From assembly GCA_041666505.1 (NCBI GenBank), contig JBAYGU010000002.1, positions 1 through 59,411 on the forward strand: a stretch of DNA of 59,411 nucleotides, given 5' to 3'. How positions within the stretch are numbered: position 1 is the stretch's first letter; every line of letters begins with the position of its first letter. The translations under genes and the position numbers were made by a program. The stretch comes from Candidatus Buchananbacteria bacterium. Lineage in GTDB: Bacteria > Patescibacteriota > Patescibacteriia > 2-01-FULL-39-33. A model generated the notes under the pieces. It saw only the letters and a list, made by a program, of their open reading frames with translations, had not been told where the DNA came from and did not search any database. Positions 1 to 9,800 of the stretch are shown here, one piece after another.

Positions 1-128
1 ATTGAAAAGCTTGGTTTATGTCCATCGCGGAATGAATATTCAAAGAAGAAAGAGAATTATTATTGAGATTCTGAAGGGGAGAAAATTTCCAAATTAGCCC
101 CACCATAATTACTATTTAACCGTATTTT

Positions 129-165
129 CCCTCCCCTTTACGAAAGGGGAGGATAGGAGGGGTTT
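129..165 (+). repeat. CCTCCCC hairpin repeat, copy 1 of 3
   Basis: The sequence ccctcccctttacgaaaggggaggataggaggggtttta forms a CCTCCCC/GGGGAGG stem followed by a second GGAGGGG arm. Near-identical elements lie at 6753-6787 and 39235-39270. Confidence 0.7.
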
Positions 166-267
166 TATTTTAGTCAGCCCTTGATTTATACTCGCCTTTT
201 GTGTTATGATGTATTAAGTTATCAACAGGCATCTGACCTGTAAAAAATAATTCATGTTTAATCGCTA

Positions 268-864
268 ATGGATAATTTAATGGGTGGCGGCAGTTTATCG
301 CTTGATAAAAAGCCGAAGTGGCAGGCAATATCTGAGTTTTTTTGGGAAATGGTTCGAGTGGCCATCATTTCTTTGGCTATTATCTTGCCTGTCAGATATT
401 TTCTGATTCAGCCGTTTTACGTCAAGGGCGCGTCCATGGAGCCGAATTTCTATGATCATGAATATCTGATTATTGATGAGATCAGTTATCGCTTCAATGA
501 GCCGCAGCGCGGAGATATAGTCGTTTTCAAATATCCGAAGGATCCGAAGCAGTATTTCATCAAGCGCGTTGTCGGCAAGCCGGGCGAGAAAGTAAAGATT
601 CAAGACAATAGCGTTTATATCAATGGCACTAGATTGAATGAGACTTATCTGCCGGAAAATATAGAAACCGTGTTGCCTTTGCGCGGTTATGGCGAAGTGA
701 CACTTGGCAGCGATGAATATTTCTTGCTTGGTGACAATCGCGGCCAGAGTTTGGACTCGCGCATCTTCGGGCCGGTCAAAAGGGAATTTATTGTTGGCCG
801 AACATGGATCCGCGGTTGGCCTTTCAATCGCGTGACGGTGTTCAATGCGCCGGAGTATAAGTAG
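268..864 (+). CDS. lepB: signal peptidase I
   Basis: 198-aa ORF with an N-terminal TM helix. It has the catalytic Ser box GASMEPN, the Lys box FIKRVVG and the GDNRGQSLDSR box of type I signal peptidases. Confidence 0.9.
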   Translation: MDNLMGGGSLSLDKKPKWQAISEFFWEMVRVAIISLAIILPVRYFLIQPFYVKGASMEPNFYDHEYLIIDEISYRFNEPQRGDIVVFKYPKDPKQYFIKRVVGKPGEKVKIQDNSVYINGTRLNETYLPENIETVLPLRGYGEVTLGSDEYFLLGDNRGQSLDSRIFGPVKREFIVGRTWIRGWPFNRVTVFNAPEYK

Positions 865-987
865 AAATTTTTAATTTTATAATTTTATAATTTTTAAATA
901 ATGATCTAATTTTTAATGTTTAAAAATTAAGACATTAAGAAATTATTTATAAAATTAAAAATTGGAAATTAAAAATTAATTAAAGAC
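865..987. repeat. AT-only long palindrome, family copy a
   Basis: ~40-nt arms (aatttttaattttataatttt... / ...aaattatttataaaattaaaaatt) surround a core ttaagacattaag. It shares the exact 22-mer attatttataaaattaaaaatt with copy b. Confidence 0.7.
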
Positions 988-2505
988 ATGCCCAAACAGC
1001 AATTAAAAAAACACATGACTGAAAATATTGTTAAAAAAAGAGCTCCTCGCGGCAAAAAGGAGATTATTACCATTACTGGCATGAGAGACATATTGCCCCA
1101 GGATCAGAAGTATTGGAATACTGTCCGCGGCAATGTCGATAAAGTGGCTGTCGATTATGGCTATGGCTTGATCGAGACGCCGATTTTGGAGTATGCCGAA
1201 TTATTCGTCAAGAGTACGGGCAAAGGCACTGATGTCGTGGATAAAGAAATGTTCGCGTTTGTCGACCAGGGTGGCGATCATATCGCTGCGCGGCCAGAAG
1301 GCACGCCTAGCGTAGTCCGCGCATATATCCAGCATGGCATGGTCAATCAGCCTCAGCCGGTCAAGATGTATTATTCAGGCCAGATGTTCCGCCATGAGAA
1401 GCCTCAGAACGGGCGTTATCGCCAGTTCTATTCCGCCGGCTTCGAAGCTATCGGAGAAGACGGCCCGACTTTGGACGCGCAGATGATCCTGATGGGCTAC
1501 AATATTATAAATGACTCTGGAGTTGATTGCGTCATTCAAGTCAATTCCATCGGCTGTACTGTTTGCCGCGAGGAATACAAAAAAGCTTTGGTCAAATATT
1601 ACAAGCAGCACACTAAGGCTTTGTGTGATAATTGCCTTAATCGGATGATAAAGAATCCGATGCGACTCTTGGATTGCAAGGAGCCGAGCTGCGAAGCGAT
1701 CAAAGAAAATGCGCCGCAGATTTTGGATTTTCTCGATGACGACTGCAAGAAACATTTTATGAAGGTTCTGGAGTATCTTGATGAGCTTAATCTGCCTTAT
1801 ACATTGAACCCTCGGATAGTGCGAGGCTTGGACTATTACAATCGCACGGTATTCGAATACATATCAGCCGATGATTCCGAGAGTAAGTTAGCGCTGGGCG
1901 GCGGCGGCAGGTTCGACGGCTTGGTGGAAATGATGGGCGGCCGCGAAAAGACTCCGGCTTGCGGCTTCGGACTAGGTTTGGACAGAATAGTCGCCAAAAT
2001 TCGTGAGAGTGAAGTGTTAATGGAGGATGTTTATCAGCCTGATGTGTTCTTGGCTCAGCTCGGCGAGAATGCTAAGAAAAAAGCCTTAGTTTTATATGAG
2101 AAGTTGCGCAAGAATTTCAAGATGTCGCAGGCATTATATAAGGACAGTTTGAAGGCGCAATTGGAGCATGCCAATAAATTGAAGGTTAAATACACTTTGA
2201 TATTGGGACAGAAGGAAGTCAGCGATGGCACGATCATGTTGCGCGACATGAACGGCGCGGTGCAGGAAGTCATCGATTTCAATAAGATAGAAGGCGAGCT
2301 GGCCAAACGCTTGGAGAAGTATTCCGGCGACGAAGGCGTAGCCGTTATCGATACAGAGGAAACCAAAGCCGCCATGTCATCGAAGAAAAAGCATGATTAC
2401 GGCGATCGCGTGACCGAAGAAACCAATGATTTCCAGGATTTCGGCGGCGGAGCGAGTTTTGGCGGCGATGATGCCGCGGATACTACCGTTGCCGGCGACT
2501 ACTAA
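988..2505 (+). CDS. hisS: histidine--tRNA ligase
   Basis: Class II HisRS signatures are present: GMRDILP, RPEGTPSVVRAY, YYSGQMFRHEKPQNGRYRQF, GGGGRFDGL. There is a C-terminal anticodon-binding region and an acidic ~60-aa tail. The start could instead be M10 at 1015. Confidence 0.9.
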   Translation: MPKQQLKKHMTENIVKKRAPRGKKEIITITGMRDILPQDQKYWNTVRGNVDKVAVDYGYGLIETPILEYAELFVKSTGKGTDVVDKEMFAFVDQGGDHIAARPEGTPSVVRAYIQHGMVNQPQPVKMYYSGQMFRHEKPQNGRYRQFYSAGFEAIGEDGPTLDAQMILMGYNIINDSGVDCVIQVNSIGCTVCREEYKKALVKYYKQHTKALCDNCLNRMIKNPMRLLDCKEPSCEAIKENAPQILDFLDDDCKKHFMKVLEYLDELNLPYTLNPRIVRGLDYYNRTVFEYISADDSESKLALGGGGRFDGLVEMMGGREKTPACGFGLGLDRIVAKIRESEVLMEDVYQPDVFLAQLGENAKKKALVLYEKLRKNFKMSQALYKDSLKAQLEHANKLKVKYTLILGQKEVSDGTIMLRDMNGAVQEVIDFNKIEGELAKRLEKYSGDEGVAVIDTEETKAAMSSKKKHDYGDRVTEETNDFQDFGGGASFGGDDAADTTVAGDY

Positions 2506-2603
2506 ATCAATTTAATAATTAAAATTAATTATTTATATAGTAATTAATCGGGATGTCTGCAATATTCTTGCAGTCAGCTCATATAGAAAGAGAGGTGAAA
2601 ATT

Positions 2604-2846
2604 GTGGCAGAAGTAAAAAGAAAAAAAGGCGAGTCATTCGAGGCGCTAGTCAGGCGTTTTTCCAGAAAAGTCCAGCAGAGCGGCCGTCTATTGCAGTCAA
2701 GGAAGATCCGTTATCATACCAAAGATTTGAATAAGACTTCTTCACGGGCGAAAGCGGCCAGGCGATCAGAAATTACGTCTAAGCGCGAATACTTGAAGAA
2801 AATCGGCAAATTAATCGAAGAACCGACCAGGACATTCAAGAGATAA
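2604..2846 (+). CDS. rpsU: 30S ribosomal protein S21
   Basis: AEVKRKKGESFEALVRRFSRKVQQSG matches the S21 N-terminus. I prefer the GTG at 2604 (preceded by agagagg) over the tracked ATG at 2553. Confidence 0.85.
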   Translation: MAEVKRKKGESFEALVRRFSRKVQQSGRLLQSRKIRYHTKDLNKTSSRAKAARRSEITSKREYLKKIGKLIEEPTRTFKR

Positions 2847-2910
2847 TATAAGTCTTTATACTGCCTTGATTTGCTTTAAGCAAGTCAGGGGAGATGTGAA
2901 GAGTTAGAGA

Positions 2911-3031
2911 ATTAATTTTTAATTATCAATTTTATAATTTATAAATAATGTCTTAATGTTATAATTTTTAAAAATTTAGAAATTAGAAAATTATTTATAA
3001 AATTAAAAATTACAAAAATTAAAAATTTATT
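2911..3031. repeat. AT-only long palindrome, family copy b
   Basis: Same family as 865-987. The core aatgtcttaatgtt is the reverse complement of the core in copy c. The right arm is almost identical to copy a. Confidence 0.7.
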
Positions 3032-3487
3032 ATGTTAGAAGCTCAAATAAATTCCGCTTTTTTAGAAGCTTATAAAGCGAAGAATGAAGAAGAAGTCTCG
3101 ACGCTCAGGATGCTTAAATCGGCCATTTTGAATAAGAAAATAGAGAAAACGATGGCTAAGGATGATATCATGCCTGACGACGAGATTATTGCCTTATTGA
3201 AATCAGAAGTTAAGAAACGTACTGATTCCGCAGAGTCATATCGCGCCGGAGGCCGGGAAGAATCAGCAGTTAAGGAAGAATCTGAAATTGCCATAATCAA
3301 GAAGTTTCTGCCTGAGCAGATGGATGAGGATGCCGTTAGAAAACTAGTTCAGGAAGTTCTTGGTGAAATGGGTAATCCTGGGCAGTCCGGCTTCGGCAAG
3401 ATTATGGGCGCGGTTATTGCTAAGTCCAAGGGTGCAGCTGATGGATCAGTAGTATCAAAAATTGTGAAAGAAGAATTAGCCAAATAA
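3032..3487 (+). CDS. yqeY: GatB/YqeY domain protein
   Basis: 151-aa helical ORF with YqeY-like segments (LRMLKSAILNKKIE, SAESYRAGGREE, GFGKIMGAVIAKSKG). Confidence 0.8.
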   Translation: MLEAQINSAFLEAYKAKNEEEVSTLRMLKSAILNKKIEKTMAKDDIMPDDEIIALLKSEVKKRTDSAESYRAGGREESAVKEESEIAIIKKFLPEQMDEDAVRKLVQEVLGEMGNPGQSGFGKIMGAVIAKSKGAADGSVVSKIVKEELAK

Positions 3488-3534
3488 ACTTTACAAACTT
3501 TTAACTAAGTACGCACCCGGAAGGTGACAAACAT

Positions 3535-6500
3535 ATGATTGAGAGACAATACGTTTCTGATCAAAGGTCGTTTACAAAAAACGCTAAAACCGCAGCTGCG
3601 GGATTATTAGCGTTTTTATTTATCTTATTTTTCATGCCTTTGGCGGTCTCGGCTGCCGGCGATATTCCGACAGCGGCGGGAGTAGTCCAGGGAACAGGCA
3701 TACCGATGGTCAATTTGACCGTTTTCCTGTTGGCGATACTTCGCGTTTTCTTCGGCTTGCTCGGCGTGATCGCAGTCTTGTTGCTGATTTACGGCGGATT
3801 TATCTGGATGACAGCGGGCGGCGACCCGGGCAAAGTGGATAAGGCCAAACAAATCATTTATAACACCATAATCGGCTTGATCATCATATTTTCCGCTTTT
3901 GCGATCAGTTCCTTCTTGATGTCGTGGCTTTCCGGCTTCGGTGGCGGAGGCGGCGGAGGCGGAACCTCGAATATTCCCGGCGGCAATGGCGACTGGAGTC
4001 GTTCGGCCATCGGCGCAGGGCCGATCCAAAGCGTCTATCCGGCGCCTAATTCGGTTAATGTGCCGATCAATACGAGGATTGCCGTTACCTTTAAAGTCAA
4101 TATCAAGCCGGACAGCATCTGCAATCCTGCTGAATTGGGAGATCCGAATATCTGCGATGGCGATACTATGAAAAATGTCGAAGTCTGCGAGGTTTCTGCC
4201 ACGAGTTCAACTTGTTTGGCTGGGTCGTCTTTCAACAAGGGGGTTTATGCCAGTTCTACCGTCAATCAAGTTTCGGCTGCCGATCAAAAAACATTCGTTT
4301 TTAATTCAGCTGCTAATTTGGGCAATGAAGACCAGATAAATAGGACATTTATGGTAACTCTGCAGCAGGGAATTACTGCTGTCGCGACTAATAAATCAGT
4401 TTTCGACGGCTTGCGGGTCAATTATTATAACTGGGCTTTCAAGACTAACGGCGTTATGGATCTGACTCCGCCGGAAGTGGCGAAAATGGAAATATATCCT
4501 AATCCCGATAACGTGGCTGACGCTTACGCTGTCGGAACTCAAGCCACGACCGGATTCGGTTCTGTCACCGTTTCGGCTGTTCCCGCCCTCGAGACGCCGG
4601 CGAAGCTTAATGGCGCGATTTTTACCGGCACTGCCTTGACCGGCATTAGCGCGACAAAAGATCCTGCCAGCGATCCGGCTTTGCCTGCAAATTATCTGAA
4701 GTTAAGCACGGCTGGGTTCAGTGTTACTGGCGTTGCTTCGGCGGTGATGAAATTTACTGTCAGCGGCGCCGGCGATTATATCACTTTTGACGCTGCGCCT
4801 AGCGCCGCCGCGATTTTAGGCGTTAATTTCTCTAATGCCGGCGTTTGCGCCGGCCTGGCAAATTGCTTGTCAGTATCAAATAATAAGACTGTCGATTTGT
4901 CCGGTTCAGGAATAATCATCACTTCATCCGGAAATTTCTCTGATGCCAAGGGATCCAGATGGTCGTTCACTGTTTCTGCGGCAATTAATGGTGATACTGT
5001 GGCACTGTTGAAATCATCATCGACGGTCGCTAATTTCATTTTTGCCAGCACGGAAATTGCCGGCGATCAGATAACAAAAAGATCATTGGCCGATGACGGC
5101 AAGTCAATCGTAAATACTGATTATTTCACAATCAAGCCGCAGACCGGCAATGTTACTACATCTTTGATTAGCGTTTTGAACGCAAAATCCGGAATATTGA
5201 TTACGGCAGCAATTGATCCTGCAAATGGCAATAAAATAAATATCACGCCCAAGGTGGCGGGAGAAACCGGCCTAAGCCTGAAGATAAATTCCACGTCGCT
5301 ATCTCCGGCAAACCTGGATTTATCCGGAGCGGCGCGAGTCACGAATGTTACGGCTTTGCCTCCTGGATCAAAGCCGGACCCTTATAATAATTCGGTTTTC
5401 CGCGTATCCTTTACAGAAGCGATCAATCCTATCAATATCGACAGCTATATTAAAATCAGAATCAACGGCATTGATGTCCAGGCTTCAGTTTCCTCTACTA
5501 ATCAATACCGCACTGTGGAATTGACTGGCACTAAGCCTTGTGGCGTTAATTCCTGCGGCAAGACCATTTATTGCTGGTTAGATCCTAATACCGATTTGAC
5601 TGCTTCCGTGCCAGCGACCACGACAATAACCGCCGCCAGCCTGAAGACCTGCACTGGCAATGACGATTGGTGCAATAAATTCGGCGGCACCTGCCAGGCC
5701 GGCGGGACATGTAAATTGGCTAGCGGATTGAATTACCCTCAAGCGACTGCCTCAGTCGATGGCATTGTGGATATGGCCAATAATTCTTTTAATGGCAATT
5801 TTGACAAGTTAGCCAATACTAAGGGCGCGTTGTCTGGCAATGCTCAAGGCCAGTCTGGAACATATAATGCCAACGATATCAGGCACTTCTTCGCTGTGTC
5901 GCCGAATAATTTCCCGACATTCACTTATGCTAATGACAATGACACTAATGGTGATAACTTCTCTTGGTCATTCTTCATCTCCACGCAGATAGATTTGGCA
6001 GCTCCGCTCTTATCGAAAATTATTCCGATCGGCGATTACTCGCTCGGTTCTCAAGGCACAGAAAGCTTCCGCGATCCGGTCCGATTAGTCTTCAACGGCC
6101 TGATGCGCATGGCGACGCTCAAGCCCGGCTGGGGTTATGGCGAAGATAAAACAGGCAAAGAATGGAATACCAGATATCTGATCTTAAAAACCATAACGTC
6201 TGGAGCTAATCCGGTCGGCTATTGGGTCAGTTCACAGAATTTGGATGAGGGTGATATGGCGACAGGTGCGGGACGCGGCGACGGTTTGGCTGATTACACC
6301 GTGGCCGATGTCAATCATAATCCGTTCGATCAGGCGATTAATTATGGCCCATTAGGCGGCAATGGCATCGAATCGATTACTCAGAATTGCTTCTTGCCTG
6401 GCAGCGGCCCGATAAATGCTAATGCCGATAATCCTAATGGCAAGTGTGTATATAATGCCGACGGATCGACACAAGGCTGCGTTACAGATGCATCAATTCC

Positions 6501-6729
6501 TAGCATTAATCGTGTTACCACCACCAACCCGTCTTCTTATGGCTATATGAATAAATGTTCGGATATTGATGGAGCTGTAGCTTGTTCCAGCGGCAAGCAA
6601 TGTAAAGTCCATTACGCTACTTCTTCAGCTACTACTGCCCCTAACGGCAGTTGGATAGTCACAAAGACTAATTTCATAACTAATGTCAACACTGGTGAAA
6701 CTGGCTGCTGTTTTGGCAAATGCTTTTGA
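3535..6729 (+). CDS. giant surface protein with TrbC/VirB2-like pilin N-terminal module (1064 aa)
   Basis: The start has an SD ggaaggtga and an acatATG context. The N-terminus is TM helix - LIYGGFIWMTAGGDPGKVDKAKQIIYNTIIGLIIIFSAFAI - TM helix, followed by a Gly-rich linker. An Ig-like (SbsA-type) segment GPIQSVYPAPNSVNVPINTRIAVTF follows, and the C-terminus is Cys-rich. Confidence 0.85.
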   Translation: MIERQYVSDQRSFTKNAKTAAAGLLAFLFILFFMPLAVSAAGDIPTAAGVVQGTGIPMVNLTVFLLAILRVFFGLLGVIAVLLLIYGGFIWMTAGGDPGKVDKAKQIIYNTIIGLIIIFSAFAISSFLMSWLSGFGGGGGGGGTSNIPGGNGDWSRSAIGAGPIQSVYPAPNSVNVPINTRIAVTFKVNIKPDSICNPAELGDPNICDGDTMKNVEVCEVSATSSTCLAGSSFNKGVYASSTVNQVSAADQKTFVFNSAANLGNEDQINRTFMVTLQQGITAVATNKSVFDGLRVNYYNWAFKTNGVMDLTPPEVAKMEIYPNPDNVADAYAVGTQATTGFGSVTVSAVPALETPAKLNGAIFTGTALTGISATKDPASDPALPANYLKLSTAGFSVTGVASAVMKFTVSGAGDYITFDAAPSAAAILGVNFSNAGVCAGLANCLSVSNNKTVDLSGSGIIITSSGNFSDAKGSRWSFTVSAAINGDTVALLKSSSTVANFIFASTEIAGDQITKRSLADDGKSIVNTDYFTIKPQTGNVTTSLISVLNAKSGILITAAIDPANGNKINITPKVAGETGLSLKINSTSLSPANLDLSGAARVTNVTALPPGSKPDPYNNSVFRVSFTEAINPINIDSYIKIRINGIDVQASVSSTNQYRTVELTGTKPCGVNSCGKTIYCWLDPNTDLTASVPATTTITAASLKTCTGNDDWCNKFGGTCQAGGTCKLASGLNYPQATASVDGIVDMANNSFNGNFDKLANTKGALSGNAQGQSGTYNANDIRHFFAVSPNNFPTFTYANDNDTNGDNFSWSFFISTQIDLAAPLLSKIIPIGDYSLGSQGTESFRDPVRLVFNGLMRMATLKPGWGYGEDKTGKEWNTRYLILKTITSGANPVGYWVSSQNLDEGDMATGAGRGDGLADYTVADVNHNPFDQAINYGPLGGNGIESITQNCFLPGSGPINANADNPNGKCVYNADGSTQGCVTDASIPSINRVTTTNPSSYGYMNKCSDIDGAVACSSGKQCKVHYATSSATTAPNGSWIVTKTNFITNVNTGETGCCFGKCF

Positions 6730-6752
6730 TCAATTAATAATTAAGAATTTTT

Positions 6753-6787
6753 CTCCCCTTTAAGAAAGGGGAGATTAAGAGGGGTTT
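6753..6787 (+). repeat. CCTCCCC hairpin repeat, copy 2 of 3
   Basis: ctcccctttaagaaaggggagattaagaggggttt lies between the two giant genes. Confidence 0.7.
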
Positions 6788-6810
6788 AAGTTGATCCGAC
6801 AAACTTTTCC

Positions 6811-9800
6811 ATGCTTCAAAAAAATAAAAAATTAATTTTAACTTCACTTCTGCTTATTGCGGCATTTTTGTTTTTGCCGGCGATAGTCTTTGCTGCGGGC
6901 GAGGTTCCGAGCTTGGGATTGTTCGGCGGCATTTTCGGCGAAGCGACTTTGGCGCAGATTATCATCCGATTGATCCAATTCTTTTTGACAGTCTTGGGTT
7001 TTATCGCTTTAGTGATCATGCTGTATGCCGGTTTTACTTGGATGACGGCAGCCGGCGATCCGGCGAAAGTCGATAAGGCTAAGAAGATGATCCAACAGGT
7101 GGTAATCGGCTTGATTATCATATTCTCCGCTTTTGCGATTACTGCATTTATTTATGATAGGTTCGGCCCGCCGGTTGGTCCGCCAAATGGTTGCGTCGGT
7201 CCGGAATGTCCTCCGCCGCCATCCTGTGTTGGTCCGGGCTGTACGCCATATTGGACAAATTATCCGCCGGAGATCGCTTATATAAATCCCGCTCTTGATG
7301 TTTTGAGCAATACGGATCAAAGGACTTTGGCCGCTACATCGACTAGCGATGATATTTCTAATGGTGCGCCGGGCAATTACGTCAGTATTGTCGGACGTTA
7401 TTTCGGCAACGTTCCGGGTAAGATATTTTTTGTCTCAAGATCTGACGGCTCCAGAATCCAGGCGCAACTCGCGCCTTGCGCGCGCTCTTGGAGCAGTAAT
7501 CTGATAATTGCTCTTGTCCCTGCGGGATTGACTCTCTCCGGCGCCAGTCATGAAGCTGATGTCGCAACTCAGGATCCGCTCAGGAATTATGATGTTATTA
7601 TAGAAAAATTAGCCTCTGATTCTTCTACTCTGACTTCAAATATTTGGGGTTTCCAAGTGAATTCCATCGAACGCCCGGGAATCTGTTCCATGGTTCCAAA
7701 TCATGGAGTGTATCCTGCCACCACGACTTTGACCGGCTTTAAGTTTCCAATAGTTACACCAAGAAATATTGTCTGGTCTATTTCGCCGAATTTTACTTCT
7801 TCAACCGGCAGCAATTGGTCGTCTAGTACAGTTGTCGATGTCGTGCCGCAGGATTTGGCCGGCCGCTCGCTTGTTTCTATTTTTAACGGCGAGTCATACA
7901 GCAATTCATTCTTGTTCATGATTTCCAATGGCAGAGCAGGCAGTCCTTGCGGCTATGATACCCAGTCTTGCCGCGAAGATATAACGACTTGCGATGCTGA
8001 AACTGATTTGGCTTGCCAATTCTGTTCGACTGATCCGACAAAGCCGAATTATCAAGAGAATTGCAATATTTCAAGAAATTGCACTTGCCAGCCGATTGTT
8101 GACGAATCATGCGAGTATAATGCCAGTTCAACGCTCAATTCATACAGAAATTGCACAGTCGGCGGCTGTTTGGGGCAGGAAGCATGCTCGAATAAAAGCG
8201 TTTGGAGTAAATCCTGTGAATTGCCGGCAGGTTCAACTTGCGTGCCGTTCTTAGGCAATTCATCCAATATCGCCGCATTCTCTTGGGCATTTTCCGCTTT
8301 GAAAAATCCGGCGCCTGGCATGAGCTGCAAATCCGAAATCTGGAATGACGATACCTGCGACGTCAATGGCTGCATCGATACTAATCTAGCTTGCGATCCT
8401 TTGGCCACAGCTGATCATCCGGCTTGCACTTGCGTGCCCAAGGATCAATTATGTACGGTTGGTAAAATCGATACGACTACTTGTCCGGCGCTCGGCGCTT
8501 GCAAACAAGTCAAGGCTTGCCAGGATTCCGGCCACTGGGGAGAGTGCGCAGTAACTCCCGGCTGTATTCCATACCCGCTAGTTCCCGCATCGACTATCGC
8601 TTCCTATAGCTGGTCGTTCGGCGCCAATAACGGCAATGGCGATGTCGGGCCGATGGTAGAAACCTCCTGCGACGGCTCGATCGATTGCAGCAAGAATCGT
8701 TTGCCCAGCCCTTCTCCATGGTCTGATGAATGGAATGCGGCCAATCATCCTGAGTTAGGAATACAAAACGATAAAGCCTGCTTGAATGCTGAAATTTATG
8801 CCCGCTTCACTGCCGCGATGAGCAGCGCGACAATCAGCTCCAGCACTATCCGCTTATATGTCTCTAGTACTTCAGGCTGGATTGATCAGACGAATGCCAA
8901 AGTTGAAGAAGTCGAGCCTTTGCTGTCTGAAGGTGAGGGCGATAATGCTGATTCTTTCGCCATCAAATTGAAGCCGGGAATCGATCTTGATCCTAATTCT
9001 ATTTATCGCGTATTTTTGAGCAATCAAATCAGGGACGTAGTCGGCAGGAATCTGATTGATAATCCTAGTGGGGCAAGAAATAGCTTATGCGCCGTAGGCG
9101 GCAGCAGTCCGACTGCCGCAGCCGGCGTTTGCTGGAGTTTTATTACTCGCCCGAGCGGACCTGATGCAATTTGCCAGATCGGCTGTGTCAATTGCGGCCC
9201 GAACAAATATTTCAATCGTTATTACGGCCAAGAAAAAGAGCATAAAGTAACGCCGGTCAGTTTGGATAATGCCTGCATCTCGCTGAATAATCGCGACTAT
9301 GCCTGGGATTGGTCGCAGGAGCAGCAGAATCTTGGCGGGGCAGTAACCAATGGCTGGTTCTTGCAAAAGTTTTTCTCCGCCACTTACTCTTGGCTGACCA
9401 ATCCTTTCGCTGCCGATACCATTGGTATTGCCAGTCAGCCGGCTAATACTGTTACTACCGGTTATGGCACGACAACCGCATATCAGGAAAGCAGATGGAA
9501 AACTAATGCTGATTATAAGTCATGGTTCGGTGCAGATGATATCGATTATTTCAGAATCAAGGGACAGGTTAAGGCGACGGGAAATGTTGGCGTCTGCGCG
9601 GTTCATAATAATTTCACCGATCCGATCGTGATTGAGAATCAATATTGTTCTAAGACCAGCTCATCGACGAACCCGCAATTGAACAAGCAGATCCTGCAAA
9701 GCCCGAGCCCGTGGAAAGGTCAGACTGATGCCTGCACTAACGCGGCGATTTTTGCGCTGTTCTCGCGCAATATGTTCAATTCTAGTTTGCTGGAACTTAG

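Noticed and set aside
1-66. Possible 3' end of an upstream gene (IEKLGLCPSRNEYSKKKENYY*)
   Set aside because: Only 21 codons are visible and I recognise no motif. This is not enough to call a gene.
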